Below are positions 12,198 to 23,477 of a stretch of 64,000 nucleotides of DNA, piece after piece. Where the stretch lies: positions 19,098,001-19,162,000 of the forward strand of contig CM119371.1 in assembly GCA_051294905.1 (NCBI GenBank). Direction: 5' to 3'. This DNA comes from Botryllus schlosseri. Lineage: Eukaryota. A program made the position numbers and the translations under genes. Numbering within the stretch: the stretch's first letter is position 1; each line of letters opens with the position of its first letter. The notes beneath the pieces were generated by a model. That model saw only the letters and a program-made list of their open reading frames with translations. It had not been told where the DNA came from and did not search any database.

Positions 12198-12413
12198 TAA
12201 AAAAGAAAGAATAGAATTATGTAGTCGATATTTTGACCAAAACATTACATAGAATAGACAAGCATTGGTTGACCTACAAAATTGAGAAGTCCACATAGAT
12301 TACACTAAAAGTCGCTGTGCTATTATTTTAATGAGTGCAAGAGTATTCTTAGCTATTGCTACCAACAAACGAATGACGGCAGTCTCATATATGATTGACA
12401 TGTTAGTTATAAG

Positions 12414-13145
12414 TAGGGCGATTTTTTTTCGACCTAAAAAGCGGAAGTTTTTGACCTAAAAAACTGAATTTTGACCTCACGTATGCAAATTAGGTGTTTT
12501 CGTATATAATGTTGAAATTATACTATTTTTCTTCATTTCTGGTTGGAAATATCTGTCTCTATGAAGTAATTTTGCCTGAAAAAACGTTTTTGACTTTGAC
12601 AAGTTTTGCCGTGAAAAAAATTTATTTCAACAAAATTTGGCCCCATGAAGAATTCACGTATTACGACAGTAGTTACATAACGTATTATGGCAAAAATGAC
12701 TAAAATTTGTTGTAGTACAACAAAAGATACTTTCCTACATTCGAGTAGAAAGTGTCTATCATCACCAAGTAGCTTGCCAAGAATGGAGAAAGAACGGTCA
12801 ACAGCAGTAGTTGTTGGCTGGCAACACTGAAGTTGTGCGTGCACTGCTGGTGACACACACCGTGTTGCTTGACAATGTTGTCTACATCACAATTTTTCAT
12901 CTTGGAGTTATTGATCTAACAACCAATGCCCAGAAAGTCTTATTAGGATATTGCCGTCCATTGAGCATGACACCACGTCAACCTATTTGTTTCAATTGAT
13001 GATCTATGATTCACAATGGGCGGACTATAACAGTAGGCCTATGAAGTACGCTACAAGAGAATAAGTTCACCGACAGTGCAAAAGCTGTGATACAAACGAA
13101 ATGCAGGGGTCTAAAACAATTTTGACAATTTTTTTGACCTAACCT
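12414..13145 (-). mobile_element. hAT remnant, same family as 2330-3207
   Basis: Left TIR tagggcgattttttt; ORF contains PTTTAVDRSFSILGKLL; right end deleted. Confidence 0.75.
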
Positions 13146-13837
13146 AACAAAAAATGTCGCACGAATAAGCATGGAACTTGAAATAGTACTAAAAGCACTA
13201 TCCAAGGTCAGTAGACATCAATGAAAAGACCAGAAAGAAGAAATCAGAAATCATTACCGAACAGGAATCATTTCAGCAATCATTTCAAAAGATACTTCAC
13301 TTGGATTCGCGTATAGAAAATGGCAACGTAACTCACATCAATTGATTACTATAAAAAAGAATACAACAAAATCTTTTCATATTTTGAGCATATAAAAATG
13401 AAGGGAATTAAGCGATCCATGGACAATTGGACATGAATGGACTAAAATCAATACACCCGATATATACTTGAGGTGTGCAGAGTGTATATCAAGCCAGATT
13501 CTACATCATACTGCATCACTGAGAACGCAGAAATAATACCATCAGGCAGTGATAACATACGATTCGAAACAAATTATCCAGGGATGCATTGCACGAGTCT
13601 TGACATCATTCTTCTTAATTTCTAATTACAAAATGATGTGGTTGCTAGTGATTGCTACGGCATTCATTGACGATGCTCTAGTTAAAGTAGTATACTCAAT
13701 TTTTAGTCTATTACAAGCAGAGATAACAATTTTATTGATGTGTATCAATTACTTGAAGCAGAACACTTGGCTACTAAAACCATTAAACTAAAGAATTCAG
13801 AATCGATCATCTACCAGAATCTCCAATCTTTTAGGCA

Positions 13838-14116
13838 GCATTCTCAAACTCATATTTGCTCACGGACCAATTTACTAGGCGTTATAAATAATAGTAGTAT
13901 TTAATGCCTTTCCAAGTAGGAAATTCGACCTTATTTGATGGGAAGTTGCAGAGTGATATTCCACACCCATCGTGAAAATGTGAATTACTCTTTAGCAAGT
14001 GACGCCTGGCACGAAAAAATCACACTTTCAGAAATTTGAATAACATTCTTTATGCACCTACTTTCGACGCGGGCACCACAAAATTTTCTCACGATTCGTG
14101 TGTTTGAGACCCCTGT
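13838..14116. mobile_element. hAT-like MITE shared by duplicated upstream blocks
   Basis: cagcattctcaaact ... gtttgagacccctg; equivalent copy at about 19543-19821. Confidence 0.65.
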
Positions 14117-14739
14117 TTTAAGGGTATTTAGGTCCATTTTTGTCAGGATTGCATTATTTCACTGATTGTGATGTCAAATACTTCTGCAGCACCTATATCA
14201 GAATACACTCACACATGGTGGTGGTAGCAACCTATTGATGAAAATACGTCTGAAAGCTGAATAACATTCACAAATGACAAATCTACAAGGGCAAGGACCG
14301 TACCATAGTTATGAAATCAAAGTAAAGTAAAAGTAGCATAGGAATGTTTTCTATACTGAAAGAAACAGGGCCAATAAAAATACTGATATCTAAAACAGTA
14401 GAAATACCATTCGGTATATTCAGACCATGCACAACGGATAAATTGCATTTTCGGGTTAAATCCGGATATTGGGCTCCGCCCGGAAGAGGATGCTTTCTAC
14501 TGAACGGTTCCAAGCATGAACTATTTCTTGTACATTTGTTGAAATTGCATTATTGTGTTGAGTCGATTTTAGTCACTTATGTCATTTTGAGATGATAGCT
14601 GATGGACCAAACAACCATACATGGTGATTGGCGAACATAAATGGTAACTAGGTGTGATATGAAAATAGATTGAGAGCAATGAGCTTTAAACTGACGACAG
14701 AAAAATACAGACCAGTCTTCTTTTCTCGTGATTATTTTC

Positions 14740-15822
14740 AACCAGCACCTCATTCATTGTTCTTGACACAAGCATGGATAGCAAGTTGTGATATGAGTTG
14801 GCCATTTTGTGTCAAATCTATTCCACAAACATTACATTTAAATTTCTAGACATCAGAATTCATGCGAATCTCGAGGTGTTTTTCCCCTCAAACACCGCAA
14901 CTATTGCACTTTGATACCAGCATGCATATTGATGTGAGTTTTCAGGGTACTCCTGTCAGTAAATTTCTTTCCACAAATCTCACATTGATGACGCTTGACG
15001 CCAGTATGTATATCAAGATCATGATTCATGACACCAAAATGAACATTTATATGAATATTGATATCACTCCTCCGAGCCGACCGTTTCCCACAAAATTTCA
15101 CATTTGTGAGTTTTGAGACCAAGATGCACATCCATATGAGATATGAGACACTGCTTCGATGTGAATTTTTTCCGACATATATCACATTTGTGTTTCTTTA
15201 GACCAAGATGAGCATGGATGTGACAATTGAGGGAGTTCTTCCAGCGGAATCCCCTGCCACAAACATCACATTTATAGCTTTCGATGTCCGAATGCGTGAC
15301 CAGGTGTGCCCCGAGGTGACTTTTGAACAAGAATTCTTTCCCGCACACACCACATTTATGGATTTTGAGACCTGAATGTGTGAGCAGGTGTGCTTTGAGG
15401 TGATCCTTCTTTACAAACTCTTTTCCACAAATATCACATTGATGGTTTTTTACACCGGCGTGAATAGCCATGTGTATCTTCAGTGTGCCCTTTCGCACGA
15501 AGTCTTTTCCACACACTTCACACTTATGGCTTTTGATGCCAGCATGAATAGACATGTGCATCTTCAGGGTGCCCTTTCGCACGAAGTCTTTTCCACACAC
15601 TTTACATTTATGGCTTTTGATACCAGTATGAATAGCCGTGTGTGCATTGAGTTGACCCTTGTGCGTGAATTTATAACCACAAACATCACATTTATACCTT
15701 CTAATACCGGTATGACTATCAAAATGATTCTTCATGTCATAATTTGACACAAATCCTTTATCACAAACTTCACATTTATGGCTTTTGGCATGTATGGCCA
15801 TACCTACAGGTATATATTACTC
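14740..15822 (-). pseudogene. C2H2 zinc-finger locus, subtype A, frameshifted (8 in-frame fingers plus degraded ones)
   Basis: ORFs 15064-15801 and 14901-15185; acceptor tttgcttttcag at 15823-15824; paralogue of 21219-22862. Confidence 0.85.
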
Positions 15823-16499
15823 CTGAAAAGCAAATATATGAATGCACTGTAGAGAAAATAGTCACAAGTTCACTCTTATTTAGTGAGATCTACTTCAAGA
15901 CCATAACCTTCCAGATATTGACCAACACTTGGGAATATTTTCCTGTATTTCGCCACAGTGATCGTTTATTTACATCTTCGTGGTCGCCAAATTCAGTGAA
16001 GAAGTTATTTCATTTGCGATTTATATCATCATAGTTTTAACAATCCTGTATCAATGAAGTTGACTAATTTCCAGCTACGAAAATCAGCATCCTAATTTCT
16101 TTTGAATATTTACCAATGCCAATATCTGATCGGTGACTACTACCATACATCTATCTCAAGGGGCACGGATGCAAAAAGCATCAATCTCATTGCAGGAATG
16201 TGTGGAACGTTTTTGGTTGCGGAAAAAGCGATTAAAATTGCCATTTCAAGTACAATTACAGTCGACTCTGCTCAATTGGACCTATCAGTTTCAGGGCGCG
16301 TAGCCAGCGGGCTGGGGTTGAACCTTGGAACTTAAACTCGTGGGTCTAAACTCAAAACCTAGTCTTTTTGAAATGATTATTTTATCCACAATATTCAGCT
16401 GCAATTCAGTAATTCGTATTATCAGTATTACGTGCGGCCAGTTATGGAGAAGCGTTTTGCTAATTAGCGTCAGTCATCAACTGCTGTGCGCAATCTTGG

Positions 16500-16850
16500 C
16501 TGGCATGATTTATATCATCAACAATAGGCCTGGTCGTAATCGTATCTACAGTAGGCCAGCTGCGCAAGATACCATCGCTGGCCTGAATCATCGCATCTAC
16601 AATAGGCCAGCGCACACAATACAATGACTAGCCTGAACAATTACATCTGCATTAGGCCTGGTGTGCAAGATACTGTCACGGGCTTGAGCCATCACATCTA
16701 CAATGGGCCTGTTGCGCACGATATAATCGTTGACCTGAACCATCGCATCTACAAAAAGCCAGTTGCTTTTGATATAATAGTGGGCCTGAACAATTACATC
16801 TGCAATAGCCCTGGTGTGCAAGATATCGTCGCTGGCCAAAACGATCACGT
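16500..16850 (+). repeat. Diverged 51-bp tandem repeat (part of a dispersed family)
   Basis: Unit like aggccagctgcgcaagataccatcgctggcctgaatcatcgcatctacaat, about 6-7 copies. Confidence 0.8.
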
Positions 16851-17184
16851 CTCGGGCCTCGCATGCTTATACTCCTATCTAACCATTGTTTCGAGCTGTG
16901 TTTCTCTTTCTGATTTGATATTGGGTTTGATGATTGCTAAAAACAATTTCATTCTAAAATCTTCATTCTCGTACTGTCAAGTCGGTTTCTGCTATGAGTC
17001 ATAAGCTTTGTGACGGCATTCAAATCACGTTCCAAGAAATATGAGCGAGGACGGGCAGCGCCAACTCCAGCGAGACTATTTCCATTTGATCTAGTTGTGT
17101 AATTAGGGTGCCATTTTCACCATACACATGTTTCATCATTACTAAGAACTGAACTGATTTATTCTACTCATACATTAGGGAGGG

Positions 17185-17630
17185 CAGTGGTTCCCAACTT
17201 TTTTGGCTTCGCGGATCTCTTTTTGACCGTCACGTACCTTCGCGGACCCCCTCAAGTAAGTTCAAATCTAGCTCAATTATCGTGCAACCGACATATGTCG
17301 TGTGCAAATATGAACTGTAGGCTTGTGATAAACAGCAAGAAAATGACTTTTCTTGAAGATAATATCATGCTAATTATGTAGAAATTGGGCAGACTTTTAT
17401 TATTTCAAAGATAATTTTGGAGCTATATTTCTTGATGTACGTGCTCTCGAAAATCTGCGTCTTCGATTTGATGTGAACAAGTGCCGAAAATCCATTTCAA
17501 CAAATATAGATGGAGGCTAATGTAACATTAACGCGTAACGCTCCCGACGACACTTTTGGCGTGATCGCAACATTTATGGCCCCATAATGAAGACACATAT
17601 TTTGAATGAATATATCACAACCAGCCTAGT
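17185..17630. mobile_element. hAT (Charlie-like) fragment next to the truncated end of a ZF pseudogene
   Basis: Starts cagtggttcccaactt...cttcgcggacccc; the ZF array stops just beyond it. Confidence 0.5.
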
Positions 17631-17635
17631 CATTT

Positions 17636-18446
17636 TTATCTAGCATCTCGTCTTGAAGTTAAGTAACGTTTGAAAGGAAAAGCTTTTTCACAAACATTAC
17701 ATTTATGGCTTTTGACATCAGCATGCATATCCATATGTCTATTCAGTTCACTCTTGACCACAAATCCTTTTCCACAAATATTGCATTCATGGCTTTTGAC
17801 ACCAGCATGACTAAACATGTGTTGTCTGAGGCCATCCTTTAGCGCAAATTCTTTCGCGCAAACGAAACATATATGGCTTTTGACATCAGCATGCAAGGCC
17901 ATGTGTTTCTTGACGTTTGATTTGTGTATGAATTACTTTCCACCAACATCACATTTATCGCTTTTGACACCAACATGAATAGCCATGTGCCCCCTGAGGA
18001 CTCCCTTCAACGCAAATTCTTGTCCACAAACCTCACATTCGTGGCTTCTGAAATGCACAGTTTTGTGTTTCCTGAGGTCACCTTTTCGCACGAATTCTTT
18101 TCCACATACCATACATTCGTGGCTTCTGACACCAGTATGAATAGCTATGTGTTGCCTCAGGTGACCCTTCCGCTTGAATACTTTACCACAAACCTCACAT
18201 TCATGACCAGCATGCATAACCTTGTGTTTCTAGACGTCACTCTTTTGTGCAAATGCTTCCTCCCAAACATCACATCTATGCCTCTTGACATCATTATGAA
18301 TATTCATGTCAGTGTTTAGGTCACTCTTGCGACTGAACCCTCTCTCACAAACACAACAGCTATGATTCTCGGCACCGGCATGCATATCCATGTGTGAGTT
18401 GATTACCAAATTTGTTGATGGATAACCTAATAATAATCGAAGTCAT
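17636..18446 (-). pseudogene. C2H2 zinc-finger locus, subtype B, multiple disablements
   Basis: Broken ZF ORFs 17636-17902 and 17933-18217; 5' end homologous to 12.1, 45.7 and 54.5 kb. Confidence 0.85.
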
Positions 18447-20368
18447 AAAAAACTGGATTAAAAAGAAAAAATAGTTTTATTTAGCACAATATTTCAACAG
18501 AAACATTACGCATAATAGACAACTGTGGGTTGTCGACAAAATTGAGAAATCCACATAGAGTAGTCAGAAAACGCTGTGCTACTATTTGAATGAGTACAAT
18601 AGTATTCTTATCTATTGCTACCAGCAAACGAATGACGGCACCCAACTTCGTCACGTCAGTCTCATATATGATCCACATGTTAATTATAACATATGTATAT
18701 CTATGAGCTGATCAAGCTTATGTCAATTCAGGGTTCTTCATATAAATTTTATATTTGTGATTTGCTAAAGATTTTAGCTCAAGGTACACTTAGCGGGGTT
18801 CCAGAACAAATGTCGTATTTACTATTGGTCTCCATGAATAAGCATGGAACTTGATATAGTACTAAACTTGATATAGTACTAATATCGACTAACCAAGTTC
18901 TGTAGTGATCCATTAAAAGACTCGAAATGAGAGAAGACATCAGATATCATTAGAGGGCTCGAATCATTTCAAACAATGCTTCACTTACATTCGAGTATTA
19001 AAATTGGTATGCGTAGTCTACATAAAACTGACAACGTTACTCATATAAATTGATTCCTATAAAAGAGAATCAAACAAAATCTTTTCATATTACGGACATC
19101 TGAAAATGAATGGAATGAAATGATTCATGGATATGAATGGGCTAAAATCAATATAGCCGGATTGACTTGAGGTGTACAGAATATATGTCAAGCAAGATTG
19201 TATGTCATACTGCATCACCGATAATGCAAATATAATACCATCAGGTAGGGACAAAATACAAGTCCCATGGAATTATCAAGGAATGCATTGAAAGAGTATT
19301 GAAAACATACTTCATAATTATATATCACCAAATGATGTAGTGATTGCTACAGTATTCATTGATGATGCTCTGGTAGAAAAGTAATATCCTCAATTTCCCC
19401 TCTATCACAAGTAGAGATACCAATTTTCATGACATGTATCAATTACTTGAAGCAGAATACGTGGCTACTAAAACAACTCAGCTAAAGAATTCAGGAGATA
19501 GATTGGGAATCGATCATGTACTAGAATCTGCATTTTTCAAGGCAGAGTTCTCAAATTCAAATTTGTTCACGGACTAATTTCATAATTCTCGTTGATGCCG
19601 AAATAGTAGGGGTATCCAAGGCCTTTCCCAGTAGGCAAGTAGACGTTATTTGATGGGACTTTGCAGAATTACAGTCCACACTCATCGTGAGAATGTGAAT
19701 TACATTGTAGCAAGACACGCCAGGCACGAAAAAAATCATATTTTTAAACAATTGAATAAAATTGTTTATGCACTTGCTTTCGATGTGGGCCGCACGACGC
19801 GTCATGTGTTTGAGACCCCTGTTCTAAGGTTATTTAAACCAGTTTTGTCAGGATTACGTTATTTCAGTGGTTGTAAAGTAAAATATTTGTACAAGCCCTA
19901 TATCAGAATATACATATACACGGTGGTGATAGCAACCCGTTGAGGAACGTAGTCTGAGAGCTGCATGACATTCCCACATGACAAATCGTCAGGGGCAAGA
20001 ATCGTACCATAATTTCCAAAACCAAAGTAAAGTCACAGTAGTACCGGGACCGGCATAATGTAGTCACATGTTGACCGAAACTGCATATGTCTTATATGTG
20101 TCGTGGCACGGTAATGGCAGGCACCGAGATGCCTATTTCTATAAATTATGAATATTTTTTCTGAGGCAGACAAAAATGTATTTCAAATCAAGATATTCAG
20201 CGATAATAAATCGCGAAACAAATTTTTAAGTAAGGTAATTAAATCTCTCGAGAACACTCTATTAATTATATATGTTGATTTACGAAATAACTTTGTGTCC
20301 TCTTCGAGCTCTCTCCCCAACCTATTGGTAGTTTTGGTTACGACCCTGGCTAGAATGCAAATCGTTGG

Positions 20369-20888
20369 TAGGGCTGGGCATAATGATTCGAGTACTCGAA
20401 TCTGAATTGAGTATTTATTCTAATGATTCGAGTCGAGTAGTAAAAGAAGATTTTTTTCGAGTAGGCCTACTAAAATTATACGCTCCTCGCCACTGAAAGT
20501 TAATTCATCAACAAGAATTACAGTTTTGATACCAATTTTCACTGTTTGAGCCTTGAAACCTTGATTGGCGGTATTTTAGCATACGAAACATAGTACAAAG
20601 CTACGAAGGTTACTGGACGTAGTACATTTCCGAAGTCATGATTATCCCACAACATTGTCATCAAGTGGAATGATTCGGCATGGTCGGAAAAATACCACAA
20701 TATCATTTAAGCGATTGATAGCAGGCATTATATTCTTGGTGGTGACATAAACGGTAGATATTGTACTTTGACGTATTACATTACGTTATGGCGTCATAAT
20801 GGGTGATACTCGATTACTCGACTTGACTCGAAGCATATTGCATGATTCAGAATCAAATCACTCAGGTACTCGATTGTGCCCATCCCTA
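20369..20888. mobile_element. hAT-like MITE (TAGGG TIR)
   Basis: tagggctgggca ... tgcccatcccta; perfect TSD atcgttgg. Confidence 0.85.
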
Positions 20889-21218
20889 ATCGTTGGGTGC
20901 GTGAAATCTTCAGCTCTAAAGTTGAGCAATGGGTATATTATGACGCAAACAGCAAATGATGTCATGATGTGTCATTCAAAAATAAAACTGTTCTCTAATG
21001 AGACCTTTCATCGCAATCGTTATATTGTCTTCCAATGTATTCAAATACAAATTCTAAGAAGGAAAATAAATGTAATCGCGAATAATCTTGATTACTTTCC
21101 AATGTAATCGTGATCGACTACTTCCAGATTTTGCTGTAATCGTAATCGCAATCGCGAGATTTGAAAGTAATCGTAATTACAATCGGATACATTCATGAAG
21201 TAATCACCCTATGTATAG

Positions 21219-22862
21219 CTATGACACTTCATTACCAGCATGCATGCTCATGTGACTCTTCAGGGTACTCAGATAAGCAAATCTCTTCCCACAAACCTCA
21301 CATTTATGTCGCTTGATGCCAGCATGTATATCAAGATGGGTCCTCAAGGAAGATATCAAAGTAAATTTCTTTCCACAAACACCACAGTTATGATTGTTGA
21401 CTCTGGTATGACCAATAATATGATTCTTCAGCCTGCCCTTTTCTGAAAATTCTTTCCCACAAATGCTACAGCATTGATTCTTGACACCAACATGCACATT
21501 CATGTGAACCACGATATCCTTCTTTCGGGAAAACCCTCTCCCACAAATTTCGCATTCGAAATTTTTGACACCTACATGCACATACATATGAGAAATGAGA
21601 TCATGTTTAGCTGTGACATCTTTCCCACATATATCACACTTGTGTTTCTTTAGACCAAGATGAATATTCATGTGAATATTGAGGGCTTGCTTTGATTGGA
21701 ACCCTTTACCACAAACATCACATTTATTGCTTTTGACACCTGAATGTGTGACCAGGTGTGTTTCAAGGTTTCCCTTTGACGAGAATTCTTTTCCACAAAC
21801 AATGCATTCATAGCTTTTACCACCAGCATGAATAGTCATGTGTGTATTAAGGCTTCCAGTTTGCGCGAAATAATTTCCACATATATCACATTTATATTTC
21901 TTGGCCCCAGAATGCATATTCATGTGAGTCTTAATGCCGCTCTTTTCCATGAATTCCTTCCCACAAATTTCACATTTATGATTTTTTATACCAGTGTGCA
22001 CATCAAAATGCTTATTCAAGTTACTTTTGAGAGCATATCCCTTCCCACAAACACCACATTTATGACTTTTCAAACCTGAATGTGTGAACAGGTGTTGTTT
22101 GAGGTGACCCTTCTCTCGAAACTCTTTCCCACAAACATCACATTTATGGCTTTTCACACCCATGTGAATGGCCATGTGTATCTTCAGGGTGCCATTTCGC
22201 ACGAAGTCTTTTCCACACACTTCGCATTGATGGCTTTTGACACCAGTATGAGTAGTCATGTGGTTGTTGAGGGCACTATTTAGTGTGAATCCCTTTCCGC
22301 AAATATCACATTCATAGTATTTCACACGAACATGGATACGTATGTGTTTCTTGAGGTCAGACTTTCGCGTGAATTCTTTTCCACAGATATCACATTCATG
22401 ACATTTGAAACCAGTATGAATATCAAAATGCCTATCCAAGTCACATTTCAGGGTAAATTCTTTCCCACAAATATCACATCTATGATCTTTGACAGCGGCA
22501 TGCCGAACAAGGTGAGTCTTCAGATGGCACTTTAGAGCAAACTTCTTTCCACAAACATCACATTCATAGCTTTTCACATCAGTATGCAGAGCCATATGCA
22601 TATTCAGGACTCCCTTTCGCAAGAATTCCTTTCCACAAACATCGCATATATGATTCTTGAAACCAGCATGCATAGCCATGTGTGCATTGAGGTGACCCTT
22701 TTGGGTGAATTCATTACCACAAACATCACATTTATACCTTTTAATACTGGTATGACTATCAAAATGCCTCTTCATGTCATAATGTGACCTAAATCCTTGA
22801 TCACAAACTTCACATGAATGGCTTTTCGCACGTTTGGCCATAACTAAAGGTATATAATACTC
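21219..22862 (-). CDS. Poly-C2H2 zinc-finger protein, subtype A, 19 fingers (terminal coding exon)
   Basis: Uninterrupted 553-aa ORF of 28-aa units; splice acceptor tttgcttttcag at 22863-22864 suggests the exon begins at 22862. Confidence 0.9.
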   Translation of the reverse strand, partial: EYYIPLVMAKRAKSHSCEVCDQGFRSHYDMKRHFDSHTSIKRYKCDVCGNEFTQKGHLNAHMAMHAGFKNHICDVCGKEFLRKGVLNMHMALHTDVKSYECDVCGKKFALKCHLKTHLVRHAAVKDHRCDICGKEFTLKCDLDRHFDIHTGFKCHECDICGKEFTRKSDLKKHIRIHVRVKYYECDICGKGFTLNSALNNHMTTHTGVKSHQCEVCGKDFVRNGTLKIHMAIHMGVKSHKCDVCGKEFREKGHLKQHLFTHSGLKSHKCGVCGKGYALKSNLNKHFDVHTGIKNHKCEICGKEFMEKSGIKTHMNMHSGAKKYKCDICGNYFAQTGSLNTHMTIHAGGKSYECIVCGKEFSSKGNLETHLVTHSGVKSNKCDVCGKGFQSKQALNIHMNIHLGLKKHKCDICGKDVTAKHDLISHMYVHVGVKNFECEICGRGFSRKKDIVVHMNVHVGVKNQCCSICGKEFSEKGRLKNHIIGHTRVNNHNCGVCGKKFTLISSLRTHLDIHAGIKRHKCEVCGKRFAYLSTLKSHMSMHAGNEVS

Positions 22863-23477
22863 CTGAAAAGCAAACATCAAAATGCATTGAATAGAAAACA
22901 GTCGGAAGTTAAATCTTATTTAGTGAGATTAGCGTGTACTCAAAGGTGGTGTGGACACTCGGAAAATCACATGACTGTCACGCCAAGATGCCTTTGACGA
23001 CTTTGTTATTGTCGATCCGCCTACAACAGTAAATAAAGGCAGAGTCGCTTGGTCTTCGTTGATTTTTACTACGTTCCATATCAAGTTGGGTGACAGGATT
23101 TGGTATGGTATATTTTGATGATGTCATCTAACACTGTACAAAGTGTCAAGACTGTGAGTCGATGATTAGCGTATTAATTTTGCTGTCAAAGTCGAGTATC
23201 CGGTAGATCAGCGCACACCGATGTATTGGCGACTTTGATAACGGAATTACTACGGTATGTTAATCATTTGATGTCAATCCTGAAACTTACTGCGAAGTTG
23301 GATAACACAACCAAGATATACCATACAGAATTTTGTCATCCATCTCGGTATGGAACACTTTCAAAATTCCCAAATACCAATATAGAATTTTGCAAAAATT
23401 CCTGTGGGTAGGCTGTAGACTCCATGCCAAATCAGCGCAAGCAGACTCTGGATATTCGACTCTCATAACGTGCCTAC

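Noticed and set aside
18481..18678. Upstream ORF with faint PKA N-lobe resemblance (FLTTL..FVDNPQLSIM; also 54525-54722)
   Set aside because: Weak, lacks the expected intron, and better-matching N-lobe exons lie downstream of the ZF; treated as chance unless an HMM search supports it.
22863..22880. ORF-track N-terminus MMFAFQ (and MDFSVL... at 54494-54598)
   Set aside because: Reads through a polypyrimidine tract and AG acceptor; most likely intronic.
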